Below are positions 1 to 9,780 of a DNA stretch of 64,000 nucleotides, piece after piece. The notes under the pieces were generated by a model. That model made no database searches, had not been told where the DNA came from, and saw only the letters and a list, made by a program, of their open reading frames with translations. Source of the DNA: Methylotenera sp. (lineage in GTDB: Bacteria > Pseudomonadota > Gammaproteobacteria > Burkholderiales > Methylophilaceae); assembly GCA_013141495.1 (NCBI GenBank), contig JABFQV010000014.1, forward strand, positions 38,724 through 102,723, given 5' to 3'. A program made the translations under genes and the position numbers. The first letter of the stretch is position 1, and every line of letters starts with the position of its first letter.

Positions 1-210
1 CTCTTGAATCCAATCCGCAATTGCAAAATCATGACTCACCACAACCACTGGCACAAGTACTGGCTGATTGGGTTTATCCCATTGCTTTTTAATCACCTCG
101 GTAATGGCGATTTCTTGTGCAGTATCTGCAACAACGACTGCTGCGTAAAACGTAATCGCTGCGAAAAATGCAAAAAAGCCAATCGGTAAGAAAAATTTAT
201 ATCGGTTCAT
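1..210 (-). CDS. hypothetical exported protein, N-terminal 70 codons only (gene runs off the left edge)
   Basis: A minus-strand ATG at 208-210 opens a frame that stays open to position 1: MNRYKFFLPIGFFAFFAAITFYAAVVVADTAQEIAITEVIKKQWDKPNQ... The N-terminus is hydrophobic and signal-like. The gene is co-oriented downstream of the TonB-dependent receptor. It is absent from the ORF track because it is truncated. Confidence 0.4.
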   Translation of the reverse strand, partial: MNRYKFFLPIGFFAFFAAITFYAAVVVADTAQEIAITEVIKKQWDKPNQPVLVPVVVVSHDFAIADWIQE

Positions 211-388
211 ATTAATCCCTTCAAGCTTGAATCAGCAGCGGAAAAATGATTGCCGCTACTGATTCTTTTTTAATCTTCAATCGTTCTAATTAGTACCCAC
301 GTAAGTCGTTCTGACACCCCAAGCATAAACAGCGCACCGTCTATATTTTGATGATTTTTTGCCAGCAACATTGACATCATGGTATAGG

Positions 389-2440
389 CTAGAACTGATA
401 GCGTGCTCCCACATAAAACGAGCGTGGTGCCCCAGGTTGTAACACTTGGTCGTTAGGACCAGCTCGATCTTTAACGGTAACTGCCGCTATGTTATCTTTA
501 TCCGCCAAGTTACGTGCTTCAGCATACACATTCCAATGCCCCGTCGTGTACTCAGCACGTGCACCATATAACCCAAATGAGCCGATCTTATAGGTGTTAG
601 CAAAATCGACATATCTTGAGCCAACAAGATCAAAGGTTGGCCCAACACGGAACCCAGATGTATTCGCGTACATTAACTCGCCACGCGCAAACCAACGTGG
701 CGCAGCAGGTAGACGGTTGTTGCCATATGTCGGATCAGAATCGAATGAGAATGCGTTAACAGTGGCGCTTAGCAAAGGCTCAATGCGATGCCCGCCGCCA
801 ACATCAAAGCTTGCACCAACCAAAGACTCAATGCCTGCATGTGTGGTTTTGTCGATGTTGGATGAAAGACTGTTACCTGGCGCAGCAGGGTTATCAATTG
901 ATAGAATCTCATTACGTAGTGCCGAGTAATAGGCTGTGACATCCCAGTTCCACTTTGCATGTCCAGTTTGCGCAACACCACGTATACCTGTTTCCACCAC
1001 AGTGCCGTGCATAGCATCTAAAGCGATTCCAGTACCAGCGACATCATCCCTTAGCTCAAATGTGGTTGGCGGTTCATAGACTCGACTAACGTTTGCATAC
1101 CATTGGATACCCTCTAGCACATCGAATATAAGGCCTACGCGGGGGTTGAACGCGTTGTAGTCTCCCACAACTCCGCCAGCATCTCGGTTTGCTGATACAT
1201 ATTGTGTGCCGTAAACCAGAGTCCAATCAGGTGCGAACTTCCAACGATCCATTGCGAATAGCTCTAGGCTAGTGGCATCATCATCTACAATGTTTCGTAG
1301 CGTACCGCGCTTACCGCCGATATTGTTATAATTGGCTCCTTTCACGGTCGAAAAGCCATAGTTAGCGCCAAATAAGAGTCCATGATTACCCACATCTCGT
1401 TTATAGCGCACCATAGCGCCACTGTCTTTGTGGTCTGTATCAATCAATAAACTAAAGAATGGCAAACTGACAATCGGATGATAGAGGGATTGCTCTTCGT
1501 GCGACATTCCGAACTCAAGTGTTCCACCAGCTAGATTGTTCACAGTAGTCTTAAAGGCTAAGCGCCAGCTCTTCACATCTTTGCTGTGGTTTCCGCTAAT
1601 TGCATCGGTACGTGCTTGGTATGGATCATCTTTATACTGGGCCTTCGTAAGTTCACGTGGTAGTTCTAAATAAGTATCAATGTACGTTGCATAAAAGCGA
1701 GTAGATACGTCTTCGGTCATTTGCACACCTACATTGGCATATGCACTCTTGCGCTCTTGTTCGCTATGATCACGGTAGCCATCGCGTTGCATCGCTTCAA
1801 CTGAAATAAGGCCATCCAGCCTACCCGAAACGCCACCCGCAGTTGCACGTAACCTTTCTTCGCCAAAGCTACCACTTGAGAGTGACACACTCAATGGCGA
1901 TGTTGTACGTCCAGTCAGCGACACAAAGTCGACAGCACCACCGAGAGTACTGGCACCATAGGTCAACGCGTTGGCACCATGCGCAAAGACGACAGCCCTT
2001 GCATTGAGGGCATCGATCGCCCGATTATGATTATTGCCGTCTGCCGTGGTCACTGGTAAACCATCTTGGAAGAACTTGACGCCATTTTTGTCGTAATCGG
2101 TTGCATCAAGGTTAGAGCCACGGCTGGAGTAAAACACATCATCATTGCCGTTGTAACTCGTCGCCCAAACCCCAGGTAAGTAACGTAGCATATCTGCCAA
2201 GTTCCCTACATTGCGTTTTTGCAGGCTCTCGCCATCAATAACAGTGACAGCTCCGGGGGTTACTGAACGTTCGGTATCCATTTCATTTAACAAGGTCTGT
2301 GATGCATCAGATGGTTCTAATCGTTTTTCTACCACATTGATTTCATCTAAATGAACGGTTGCATTGTGCTCTGCAAATGCAGTGTGTGAATAGCTGATGG
2401 CTAATGCGCTTAACACGCATAGATGTATAGGTTTAATCAT
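389..2440 (-). CDS. TonB-dependent outer-membrane receptor (copper-type suggested only by context)
   Basis: 683 aa with a signal peptide (...SYSHTAFA/EH), an N-terminal plug-like region, a long beta-barrel-like region and the terminal aromatic ...GARYQF typical of TonB-dependent receptors. The adjacent DUF2946-like gene is a common partner of copper receptors. Confidence 0.85.
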   Translation of the reverse strand: MIKPIHLCVLSALAISYSHTAFAEHNATVHLDEINVVEKRLEPSDASQTLLNEMDTERSVTPGAVTVIDGESLQKRNVGNLADMLRYLPGVWATSYNGNDDVFYSSRGSNLDATDYDKNGVKFFQDGLPVTTADGNNHNRAIDALNARAVVFAHGANALTYGASTLGGAVDFVSLTGRTTSPLSVSLSSGSFGEERLRATAGGVSGRLDGLISVEAMQRDGYRDHSEQERKSAYANVGVQMTEDVSTRFYATYIDTYLELPRELTKAQYKDDPYQARTDAISGNHSKDVKSWRLAFKTTVNNLAGGTLEFGMSHEEQSLYHPIVSLPFFSLLIDTDHKDSGAMVRYKRDVGNHGLLFGANYGFSTVKGANYNNIGGKRGTLRNIVDDDATSLELFAMDRWKFAPDWTLVYGTQYVSANRDAGGVVGDYNAFNPRVGLIFDVLEGIQWYANVSRVYEPPTTFELRDDVAGTGIALDAMHGTVVETGIRGVAQTGHAKWNWDVTAYYSALRNEILSIDNPAAPGNSLSSNIDKTTHAGIESLVGASFDVGGGHRIEPLLSATVNAFSFDSDPTYGNNRLPAAPRWFARGELMYANTSGFRVGPTFDLVGSRYVDFANTYKIGSFGLYGARAEYTTGHWNVYAEARNLADKDNIAAVTVKDRAGPNDQVLQPGAPRSFYVGARYQF

Positions 2441-2498
2441 TTAAAACTCCAAAAAATAGGGTACATCGCAAAAGATTGCGATAGGTAAGCTAGTATTT

Positions 2499-2930
2499 TT
2501 AGAGTGTGTAAGGTGGGGCTTGCGAGGGAGGTGAAACGTAAGGACGGGATATAACAGCTGGTGCTGAAGACTGCGCGATTTGATGCGCTCTTGCAGCTAA
2601 TACTGCGATGATGAATGCGTTGGTTGTTGGCAAACTTGCCGCTACGGCAGCGCTGCAACAGAACGGACAATGTTCTAGATGCATCGTAATGGTTTTTGGT
2701 GAAGATTTACTGACAACAAATTCCGTTGCCAATTGCTTGCCTTTGGTCGTCAGTACTTGAATAACAATTTTATCGCCTGTACTAGTACAGACTTCCTGAG
2801 TGAAACTATTACTGTTATTTTTTGCGGCTAGCGCATGCGAAATACTGGGGGCAACAGATGCGAAAAGGATTGCGAATAACGCAATACAATGCATAAAACG
2901 GAATAGTCTTTTCGACAACATGTTGCGCAT
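2499..2930 (-). CDS. DUF2946-like small periplasmic protein (HCPFC motif)
   Basis: Signal peptide MRNMLSKRLFRFMHCIALFAILFASVAPSISHALA and the C-terminal motif LEHCPFCC, as I recall for DUF2946. I prefer the ATG at 2930 over the TTG at 2957 used in the track. The gene lies directly upstream of the receptor on the same strand. Confidence 0.55.
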   Translation of the reverse strand: MRNMLSKRLFRFMHCIALFAILFASVAPSISHALAAKNNSNSFTQEVCTSTGDKIVIQVLTTKGKQLATEFVVSKSSPKTITMHLEHCPFCCSAAVAASLPTTNAFIIAVLAARAHQIAQSSAPAVISRPYVSPPSQAPPYTL

Positions 2931-3169
2931 TGTACTTTTCAACCACGTAGAACGCAACTTATCTGAAATTGCGTAAATGCAATTAAGATATCTATTATTG
3001 CTTTCGAATTGTTTGACTGCTTTGGGCCGTAAGCTGAAGCTGCTCTACTAAAATCTGAGTGGCTGCTTTGTCCCCCTTAGCGGCCAGATACAGAGAGTTG
3101 AAGGCATTTGCAGAAAGCGTACTTTTTAGTTATGGGGAGGTGCCCAGATTCATCGTTTTAAGATGCAAA

Positions 3170-3203
3170 TAAAAAAGGCTAAAACCTATACGGAATTAGC
3201 CTT
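3170..3203 (-). terminator. rho-independent terminator after tRNA-Leu
   Basis: The stem AAGGCTAA (3175-3182) pairs with TTAGCCTT (3196-3203). On the minus strand it is followed by a U-run (plus-strand A-run 3170-3176). Confidence 0.55.
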
Positions 3204-3212
3204 CTTATTTTA

Positions 3213-3297
3213 TGGTGCCCGGGGCCGGAATCGAACCGGCACGCATTGCTGCGCGGGATTTTGAGTCCCGTGCGTCTACCAATTCCGCCACCCGGGC
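3213..3297 (-). tRNA. tRNA-Leu (anticodon CAA), type II with long variable arm
   Basis: The reverse complement reads GCCCGGGTGGCGGAATTGGTAGACGCACGGGACTCAAAATCCCGCGCAGCAATGCGTGCCGGTTCGATTCCGGCCCCGGGCACCA. It shows an acceptor stem GCCCGGG/CCCGGGC, an anticodon loop CT-CAA-AA, a T-arm GGTTCGATTCC and an encoded CCA. Confidence 0.9.
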
Positions 3298-3358
3298 TTT
3301 TTGGAATATACATTACTGTATAATTGCAATCCCGCTATTATAGCAAGCTCTTTGACTT

Positions 3359-4390
3359 ATGCGAACCCTTGATTTCAATTTTTATTTACCTGATCACTTA
3401 ATTGCGCAACATCCCACCTCAGAACGCACTGCTAGCCGTATGTTGCATGTTAATGGCGCTGATGGCAACTTAACTGATGAAGCTTTTTCGGATTTGCCCA
3501 ATTTTTTAAATACGGGTGATTTGCTGGTATTTAACGACACCCGTGTAATTAAAGCACGTCTATTTGGACAGAAACATTCTGGCGGAAATGTTGAGGTGCT
3601 GGTAGAGCGTGTTATCAATCAACAGGTTGTGTATGCGCATGTACGGGCATCACGCGCGCCCAAAGTGGGTAATTTAATTAAGCTATCAGATGCTTTCGAT
3701 GTAGAGGTGATTGCACGTCATGATGATTTATTCGAGTTGCGTTTTTTAAGTGACTACTCCGTACTGGAGTTACTCGAGCAGTACGGGGCTTTGCCACTGC
3801 CACCTTACATCACACATGAAGCCACCCTTCAAGACGAAGAGCGCTACCAAACGGTGTATAGCAAGCATTTAGGCGCGGTAGCTGCGCCCACCGCAGGCTT
3901 GCACTTCAACGAAGCGATGCTGGATAAACTCAAACAAAAAGGCGTTAACATTGCTTATGTCACCTTGCATGTAGGCGCGGGGACGTTTCAGCCGGTGCGA
4001 GTAGATAACATTCATGAACACAAAATGCATAGTGAGCTTTATAACATTCCGCAAGCGACAGTAGATATAATTGCCACAACAAAACAGCGTGGTGGCAAGG
4101 TAACGGCGGTTGGCACCACAGCCATGCGCGCGTTAGAGAGTGCCGCACAAAATGGTGCGCTTCAAGCTGGTGAAGGTGAAACAAGTATATTTATTACCCC
4201 TGGCTATGCCTTCAAAGTGGTTGACCGCTTATTCACTAATTTTCATTTACCTAAAAGCACCTTGCTTATGCTAGTGTCAGCCTTTGGTGGCTTCGACCAT
4301 ATTAAAAAAGCATATGCGCATGCTATACAACAGGAATACCGTTTCTTTAGTTATGGCGATGCCATGCTCATTGAAAAGCATATGCCATAA
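3359..4390 (+). CDS. queA: S-adenosylmethionine:tRNA ribosyltransferase-isomerase
   Basis: 343 aa. The N-terminus ([29 protein letters not shown]) and ...[10 protein letters not shown]...[12 protein letters not shown] are typical of QueA. Confidence 0.93.
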   Translation: MRTLDFNFYLPDHLIAQHPTSERTASRMLHVNGADGNLTDEAFSDLPNFLNTGDLLVFNDTRVIKARLFGQKHSGGNVEVLVERVINQQVVYAHVRASRAPKVGNLIKLSDAFDVEVIARHDDLFELRFLSDYSVLELLEQYGALPLPPYITHEATLQDEERYQTVYSKHLGAVAAPTAGLHFNEAMLDKLKQKGVNIAYVTLHVGAGTFQPVRVDNIHEHKMHSELYNIPQATVDIIATTKQRGGKVTAVGTTAMRALESAAQNGALQAGEGETSIFITPGYAFKVVDRLFTNFHLPKSTLLMLVSAFGGFDHIKKAYAHAIQQEYRFFSYGDAMLIEKHMP

Positions 4391-4480
4391 AGCTCATGAG
4401 ATTTTTTTAATCCTCACTGAACAAATCACCAAGTATTTTGACCAACGTAATGTTATTAAATAAAAATTGAGAAACTGATT

Positions 4481-5356
4481 ATGCGCATTTCATCCACACT
4501 GCTCTCTATATTGCTATTAAGTGTTTTACATCCTGCACAGGCCGAGATTTTACCTGAAGCTCAACTTGGAATAAAAATCACTTTAGCCAATAAAGCAACG
4601 ACACGCCCCATGACAGTTGCGCATATTCCCAGCTTTAAACGCTATTACATCGCTGATGGCGGCTTAGCGCCAATGGCCAGTGAATTTGAAGCCGCTGTTT
4701 CAAAATCGCTGATTCACGCTTACGATGAAGACGGAAATTATATAAACTCATCACACCCCGGGTACGATAATCGATCAATTTATTACAATCCCAATACTTA
4801 TAAATTAGAAACCATCACCTACAACGTTTCCAGTGATGTAGGATTTGCGCCCAACACCGGCATATTCTCTATTGATCTGGCCGAAAATGGTGACTTAAAA
4901 AACTCTTCGTTAGAAATACTCGGCTTTAATCCCGCATTTGGTGACGCTAACACCATGCCAAGTTACAACGCTGAAACTAATCAATATTACGCCAAACAGA
5001 AACGTAGCAATAAAGTATGGGTAGTTGACACAAAACTGCGTGAAAAAGTTAGCGAAATCTTATTAGATTTCACAGCAGCCGGCGTTGCACACGACGATGT
5101 TGCAGAAAGTTTTGTGGCTTTTAGCGGTGTTAAAGATCAGGAGCTTGTATTATTAGACATCGACCACAAAGCCGTACTGATCTTTGATTTAAACGGGAAA
5201 TATATAGGCAAAAGCGAATTGCCAAAAAATTTAAAGCTACGGGCTAATAATCACTATAACGGCACAGGTTACGCTAATGACTTACTATTTGTATTTCATG
5301 AGCCGGAAGGTGAGTTTGGCACTTACTATGGATTTAAAGTGCTAAAAAACAATTAG
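4481..5356 (+). CDS. hypothetical secreted protein
   Basis: 291 aa with a clear signal peptide (MRISSTLLSILLLSVLHPAQA/E). I recognise no family. A strong terminator follows. Confidence 0.6.
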   Translation: MRISSTLLSILLLSVLHPAQAEILPEAQLGIKITLANKATTRPMTVAHIPSFKRYYIADGGLAPMASEFEAAVSKSLIHAYDEDGNYINSSHPGYDNRSIYYNPNTYKLETITYNVSSDVGFAPNTGIFSIDLAENGDLKNSSLEILGFNPAFGDANTMPSYNAETNQYYAKQKRSNKVWVVDTKLREKVSEILLDFTAAGVAHDDVAESFVAFSGVKDQELVLLDIDHKAVLIFDLNGKYIGKSELPKNLKLRANNHYNGTGYANDLLFVFHEPEGEFGTYYGFKVLKNN

Positions 5357-5373
5357 TCTGACTACTGTATCAA

Positions 5374-5406
5374 TAAAAAACCGCCTTTAGATAAAGGCGG
5401 TTTTTT
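5374..5406. terminator. bidirectional rho-independent terminator
   Basis: AAAAAAA-CCGCCTTTAgaTAAAGGCGG-TTTTTT lies between convergent genes. Confidence 0.8.
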
Positions 5407-5426
5407 ATGGTCTTACTAACTGCTAG

Positions 5427-5948
5427 TTACTTACCAAGTATGCCGGCAACTTTTCCTGAAACCATTCCAAACACGGCACCTAATACAAATGACAGTGACA
5501 ACAGAAGCACTGGGTTCGTAAGATTCACTGCTGTTAAACTCGCTAAAGGACCCACACCATCTACGGTAGGCTGATGTAGCGCATAAGCGACAGTTGCCGC
5601 ATAACCATACACATTGGCTGGTACTACAGAAAGTAAATTGAGACTTGCCACAATAACTAAAAAGAACACGGTAACCGCCACGTACACTGGAGCAACTGCT
5701 GCGGCTGGCAAGCCAACTGGGTTATTAACGACAAGGAATAATGCGATACCTGCGACTATAGCACCATACACCGTCCCTGCTATCGTTTTTTGCAATGCGG
5801 CATTGTCACCACCTGTATGAAAATAACACCCCCAAGCAATAAAGCCAGCCCATACTAATACCGATCCTGCAAGTGGACCCAACGCTAAAAATGTCCAGAC
5901 CCCACCTAAAACAGCAATACTCAATGCTAATGCAGTTAATTTCGACAT
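5427..5948 (-). CDS. multi-pass inner-membrane protein, DUF1097 (YcdZ)-like
   Basis: About 173 aa from MSKLTALALS..., almost entirely hydrophobic helices. The WAGF...C.F pattern resembles E. coli YcdZ from memory. The start was chosen at the ATG at 5948. Confidence 0.5.
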   Translation of the reverse strand: MSKLTALALSIAVLGGVWTFLALGPLAGSVLVWAGFIAWGCYFHTGGDNAALQKTIAGTVYGAIVAGIALFLVVNNPVGLPAAAVAPVYVAVTVFFLVIVASLNLLSVVPANVYGYAATVAYALHQPTVDGVGPLASLTAVNLTNPVLLLSLSFVLGAVFGMVSGKVAGILGK

Positions 5949-6170
5949 ACTTTTTTCTCCCAAATTTATTAGTTGAATAACAAGTTAATGCGAACGGCAG
6001 CGCGTATTTTAAGGCAGGTAAGGATGTAATAAGTTGCCCTAAAACATAAAACGCCAAGGGCATATTGAATGATTTTTGATGAAATGTAAACTTTTTTGCA
6101 ATGTTCTGTTACATTTTAGACATACAAAAAATAAAGATGCTACAAAAAGCTGTAGGTTTTGATGCCGGTT

Positions 6171-6815
6171 TTAAATGTTTCTTGGTGCGTTAGTCCAGTT
6201 TTTGGCGCTACTGTAATCCCAATGTTTACGCCATGCACCCAACACCATATTAGGATATTGCGGCTTACCCAAACTGCCATTGTATCGCCCCAGTGCGCGG
6301 TATAAATCTCCGCGCTCAATATCAATATAGTGTCTTAAAATAGTGCAGCCATAACGCAAATTAGTGCGTAGTAGAAATAAATTATGGTCATTAGCACCAA
6401 TACTACGCACCCAAAATGGCATAATTTGCATAAACCCGCGCGCACCAACCGACGACACCGCGTATTTTTTAAAACCACTTTCTACCTGAATTAAACCAAG
6501 CACCATTTGCGGATCTAGTCCGGCACGTGTGGCTTCATAATGTAGCGTACGTAAAAAATCTTCACGGTATTCTTGATCTGGAATGCGCTTTTGAAGGCGC
6601 TGCGACATTTCACTTAGCCAGGCATTGCCTTCTTCTTGCGTGGAAAATATCAACCTAGGCACGGCGCGATCACTGACGCTACGCTGCATAAGTGCTTTTA
6701 CGCTGTGGGATAACGGCTCTTCTATCTGCGAGCCGGCAAGACAACTATGCGAAACCAAAGCTCCGAACAATGCCAACAACCAAATTTGGATATTTTTAAT
6801 CACATGATGCTCCAC
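6171..6815 (-). CDS. lytic transglycosylase (SLT domain) protein
   Basis: Signal peptide followed by the SLT catalytic region GLIQVESGFKKYAVSSVGARGFMQIMP. GTG start. Confidence 0.8.
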   Translation of the reverse strand: MEHHVIKNIQIWLLALFGALVSHSCLAGSQIEEPLSHSVKALMQRSVSDRAVPRLIFSTQEEGNAWLSEMSQRLQKRIPDQEYREDFLRTLHYEATRAGLDPQMVLGLIQVESGFKKYAVSSVGARGFMQIMPFWVRSIGANDHNLFLLRTNLRYGCTILRHYIDIERGDLYRALGRYNGSLGKPQYPNMVLGAWRKHWDYSSAKNWTNAPRNI

Positions 6816-6839
6816 GCCGTAATCGGCATTGAGTTAATG

Positions 6840-8546
6840 TTAAGCCACTTCTTGCACAAACTCAACTACTGAAGCAAGTGCGATAGATTTTGCATCTGCT
6901 TCCACGCGTGCTTTGTATTCTATATTACCTTCAGCCAAGCCACGCTCACCTATCACCAAGCGATGTGGAATACCCATCAAATCAGCTTCAGCAAACATCA
7001 CACCTGGGCGTTCGCCTCTATCGTCCAGCAACACATCCACGCCTGCGGCCTGCAATTCGTCATGCAACTTATTGGCGGCTAATTTAACAGTTTCAGATTT
7101 ATCATATCCAATGGCGCAAATCACCACTGCAAACGGCGCCATACTTTTAGGAAAAATAATGCCACGCTCATCATTGCCCTGCTCTATCGCCGCACCCACA
7201 ATGCGTGAAACGCCAATGCCGTAACAACCCATTTCCATGATTTGCGTTTGCCCGTTTTCATCCAAATAAGTTGCGCTCATGGCTTCAGAGTATTTAGTGC
7301 GTAATTGAAAAATATGTCCGACTTCAATGCCACGGCAAAGCGACAGTACGCCTTTGCCATCCGGGCTAGCGTCACCAGTCACCACATTGCGAATATCAGC
7401 AACCAGTGATGGCTCAGGTAAATCTCGACCAAAATTTACACCGCTCAAGTGATATTTTGGTTTATTAGCGCCACAGACGAAGTCGCTCATTAACGCAACC
7501 GTTTTATCTGCAATCACCGTCACATCAGCATTAACGCCTACTGGACCAATAAAACCAGGTGGGCAGTTAAGGCTGGCACGAATTTCGGCTTCTGTGGCAA
7601 ATCTAAAATCAGTCATACCGGCAAGCTTGCCCACTTTAACTTCATTCAGGTTATGGTCACCACGTAGTAAGGCTAAATAGAATTTTTCACTCGCAATTAA
7701 AGCGATCGCCTTCACAGTGTGCTCAACGCTAATACCCAATAACTTTGCCACATCTTCACATGCCGTTTGTTTAGGTGTGTCGACTTCTTGCATTGGATGC
7801 TTAGCCACCGCCCTGCTATTGCTTGATGGTAATGCTTCTGCCAATTCTACATTCGCCGCATAATCAGACGTATCACAATACGCCAAGCCATCTTCTCCAC
7901 TATCTGCCAGCACGTGAAACTCATGCGAACCATCACCGCCAATTGCGCCAGAATCAGCCTTTACTGCGCGAAATTTCAAGCCTAAGCGGGTAAATACATT
8001 GCTGTATGCTTGATACATGGTGGCATAGGTTTTTTCTAGCGATGCAAAATCGGTATGAAACGAATACGCATCTTTCATCATAAATTCACGTGCGCGCATC
8101 ACGCCAAAACGCGGACGAATTTCATCGCGGAATTTGGTTTGAACTTGGTAAAAATTAAGCGGCAGTTGTTTGTAGCTACGGATTTCTGAGCGTGCGATGT
8201 CTGTAATCACCTCTTCATGCGTCGGGCCAAAACAAAATTCGCGCGCGTGCCTATCGGTAATTTTAAGCATTTGTGGTCCAAACACCGCCCAGCGACCTGT
8301 TTCTTCCCACAGTTCGCGTGGCTGTACGGCGGGCATCAAGAGCTCTAGCGCGCCCGCTTTATTCATTTCATCACGCACAATCGCCTCAACTTTACGCATC
8401 ACGCGCAGCCCAAGCGGCATCCAGCTATAAAGCCCTGAACCCAGGCGTTTAATCAGCCCTGCACGCACCATTAAAATATGGCTTTGCAATTCAGCATCGC
8501 TAGGCGCTTCTTTTTGAGTGTTGAAGAAAAATTGTGAGGCGCGCAT
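6840..8546 (-). CDS. proS: proline--tRNA ligase
   Basis: 568 aa. MRASQFF..TQKE.P.DAE..SH.LM.RAG and the class II motifs (FRDE.RPRFG..R.REF.MKDAYSF) are typical of bacterial ProRS with an editing insertion. Confidence 0.95.
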   Translation of the reverse strand: MRASQFFFNTQKEAPSDAELQSHILMVRAGLIKRLGSGLYSWMPLGLRVMRKVEAIVRDEMNKAGALELLMPAVQPRELWEETGRWAVFGPQMLKITDRHAREFCFGPTHEEVITDIARSEIRSYKQLPLNFYQVQTKFRDEIRPRFGVMRAREFMMKDAYSFHTDFASLEKTYATMYQAYSNVFTRLGLKFRAVKADSGAIGGDGSHEFHVLADSGEDGLAYCDTSDYAANVELAEALPSSNSRAVAKHPMQEVDTPKQTACEDVAKLLGISVEHTVKAIALIASEKFYLALLRGDHNLNEVKVGKLAGMTDFRFATEAEIRASLNCPPGFIGPVGVNADVTVIADKTVALMSDFVCGANKPKYHLSGVNFGRDLPEPSLVADIRNVVTGDASPDGKGVLSLCRGIEVGHIFQLRTKYSEAMSATYLDENGQTQIMEMGCYGIGVSRIVGAAIEQGNDERGIIFPKSMAPFAVVICAIGYDKSETVKLAANKLHDELQAAGVDVLLDDRGERPGVMFAEADLMGIPHRLVIGERGLAEGNIEYKARVEADAKSIALASVVEFVQEVA

Positions 8547-8624
8547 GGTGAGTTCTAATCAAGGCTAAATTAAAGGGCGAATTTTACAGATAATCCGTGC
8601 GTTAGTCAGCAATAGTTATGTTGA

Positions 8625-9293
8625 CTATTCTGCGGTTGTGCTTTTTTGGACAGCCGGCACTGACCGGCCTTTTGTAAGCGGGCTATCTTGCGGAATATAG
8701 CCGGATTTCCAAACCGCAAATGGTACTATGGTTGCTGGAAAGCCATTATCGTAAAACCAGCTATCAACCGCGTATCTATCACCCGTTTTAATTTCGTGCA
8801 TCACGGCTGTGCTATGCGGCCAGCCTGAGAAAAAAAAGTTACGCGTGCGCATATCCTCTACCTCATGCAATCTTATTAAGCCATGCTGACGCATTAGCCG
8901 CATGTAAGTCGTGCTGTTGATGGCCTCATCATTACAATCCAATTGCCCGGAATAATTTGAATTGCCAAAGGTGCCGGCACGATCTGTGGTCGTACCCGTT
9001 TTTGCACCTATCATTTTCTCTAACTCGCCTATCGCCTCGGCGATCAACTTTCGCTCCTGCTTGGCATCAGTGGCAATGCCTTCGTCAGTAAAAATAGTGA
9101 TTATTTTTTTCCACTCTTGATTATTCAGTGACACATGATTAATTTCGGCGCAGCCACCGCCAGTGCATATATCAAAGCCACTCAATGCTGGCACTTGTTG
9201 GTAAATACGGTTGATGTCAGTCACGGCGGCAGTTGCATGCAACGATAACAATAAGCCTAAACTAACTAAACCATTAAATGATAACCGGCGCAT
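8625..9293 (-). CDS. hypothetical secreted protein with a possible Cys-His-Asp (transglutaminase/papain-like) triad
   Basis: Start placed at the ATG at 9293 (MRRLSFNGLVSLGLLLSLHATAA signal peptide), not the longer ORF. Contains ...GQLDCNDEAINST..., ...GWPHSTAVMH... and ...YAVDSWF... It overlaps the stop of the upstream TPM gene by 20 nt. Confidence 0.55.
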   Translation of the reverse strand: MRRLSFNGLVSLGLLLSLHATAAVTDINRIYQQVPALSGFDICTGGGCAEINHVSLNNQEWKKIITIFTDEGIATDAKQERKLIAEAIGELEKMIGAKTGTTTDRAGTFGNSNYSGQLDCNDEAINSTTYMRLMRQHGLIRLHEVEDMRTRNFFFSGWPHSTAVMHEIKTGDRYAVDSWFYDNGFPATIVPFAVWKSGYIPQDSPLTKGRSVPAVQKSTTAE

Positions 9294-9780
9294 TTGATAG
9301 CTCATTATTATTTTCAGCTGTTGCAGGGTAATGTTGTCTAAGGTGAGCGCTAATTTCGGCAATGCCATGTAACACGCCTGCCTCAAACTGACCTTGGCGA
9401 AATAATACTTCCATCTTATGGCTGATATGCTCCCAGCCCTGGTTACCAACATGATGATGAATGCCGCGATCCGCCAGAATTTCAAAATCATGGTCGGCGA
9501 GTAGCAAGTAAATCAGCACACCATTATTTTGTTCGGTATCCCACACTTGTAATTGTGAAAACACTTCAACCGCGCGCTTTTTGGCGGATTTTTTTTGCAA
9601 AATCTCCATCACGGATAGATTGCATTCAACTACAAAACGAATTTCACCAAAATGTGTGGCTTCACTGTGGGCGATTGTAGCGTCTATACGCTGCATTGCC
9701 GCTGTAGAAAAATGACTGTTAACAGCACTGGGTAAAATAAACAGATGCCGGTACAAGCGTTTAAATAATTTAGCTACCAT
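9274..9780 (-). CDS. TPM-domain protein (third gene of the LemA/TPM cluster)
   Basis: 168 aa with IRFVVE...NNGVLIYLLLADHDFEILADRGI, typical of TPM (TLP18.3/Psb32/MOLO-1) domains. Its start abuts the stop of the upstream gene at 9780. Confidence 0.7.
   Translation of the reverse strand: MVAKLFKRLYRHLFILPSAVNSHFSTAAMQRIDATIAHSEATHFGEIRFVVECNLSVMEILQKKSAKKRAVEVFSQLQVWDTEQNNGVLIYLLLADHDFEILADRGIHHHVGNQGWEHISHKMEVLFRQGQFEAGVLHGIAEISAHLRQHYPATAENNNELSNAPVII

Noticed and set aside
4-189. 61-aa plus-strand ORF at the left edge
   Set aside because: The product is Cys/His/Asn-rich and implausible. The opposite strand carries a better frame, open from the ATG at 208-210 to position 1, with a signal-peptide-like N-terminus and operon context with the receptor.
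229-265. Hairpin AATCAGCAGCGG...CCGCTACTGATT followed by TTCTTTTTT between the receptor gene and the truncated gene
   Set aside because: The T-run is on the plus strand, where no gene ends. On the minus strand, where it would matter, no U-run follows, so I did not call a terminator.
3213-3297. tRNA-Leu as an integration hotspot for the adjacent copper-uptake genes
   Set aside because: No integrase, no duplicated tRNA 3' end and no compositional break that I could see flank the tRNA.
9294-9491. 66-codon N-terminal extension of the 288-aa ORF 8625..9491
   Set aside because: The extension lies entirely inside the well-supported TPM gene (9274..9780) in another frame. The internal ATG at 9293 yields a canonical signal peptide.
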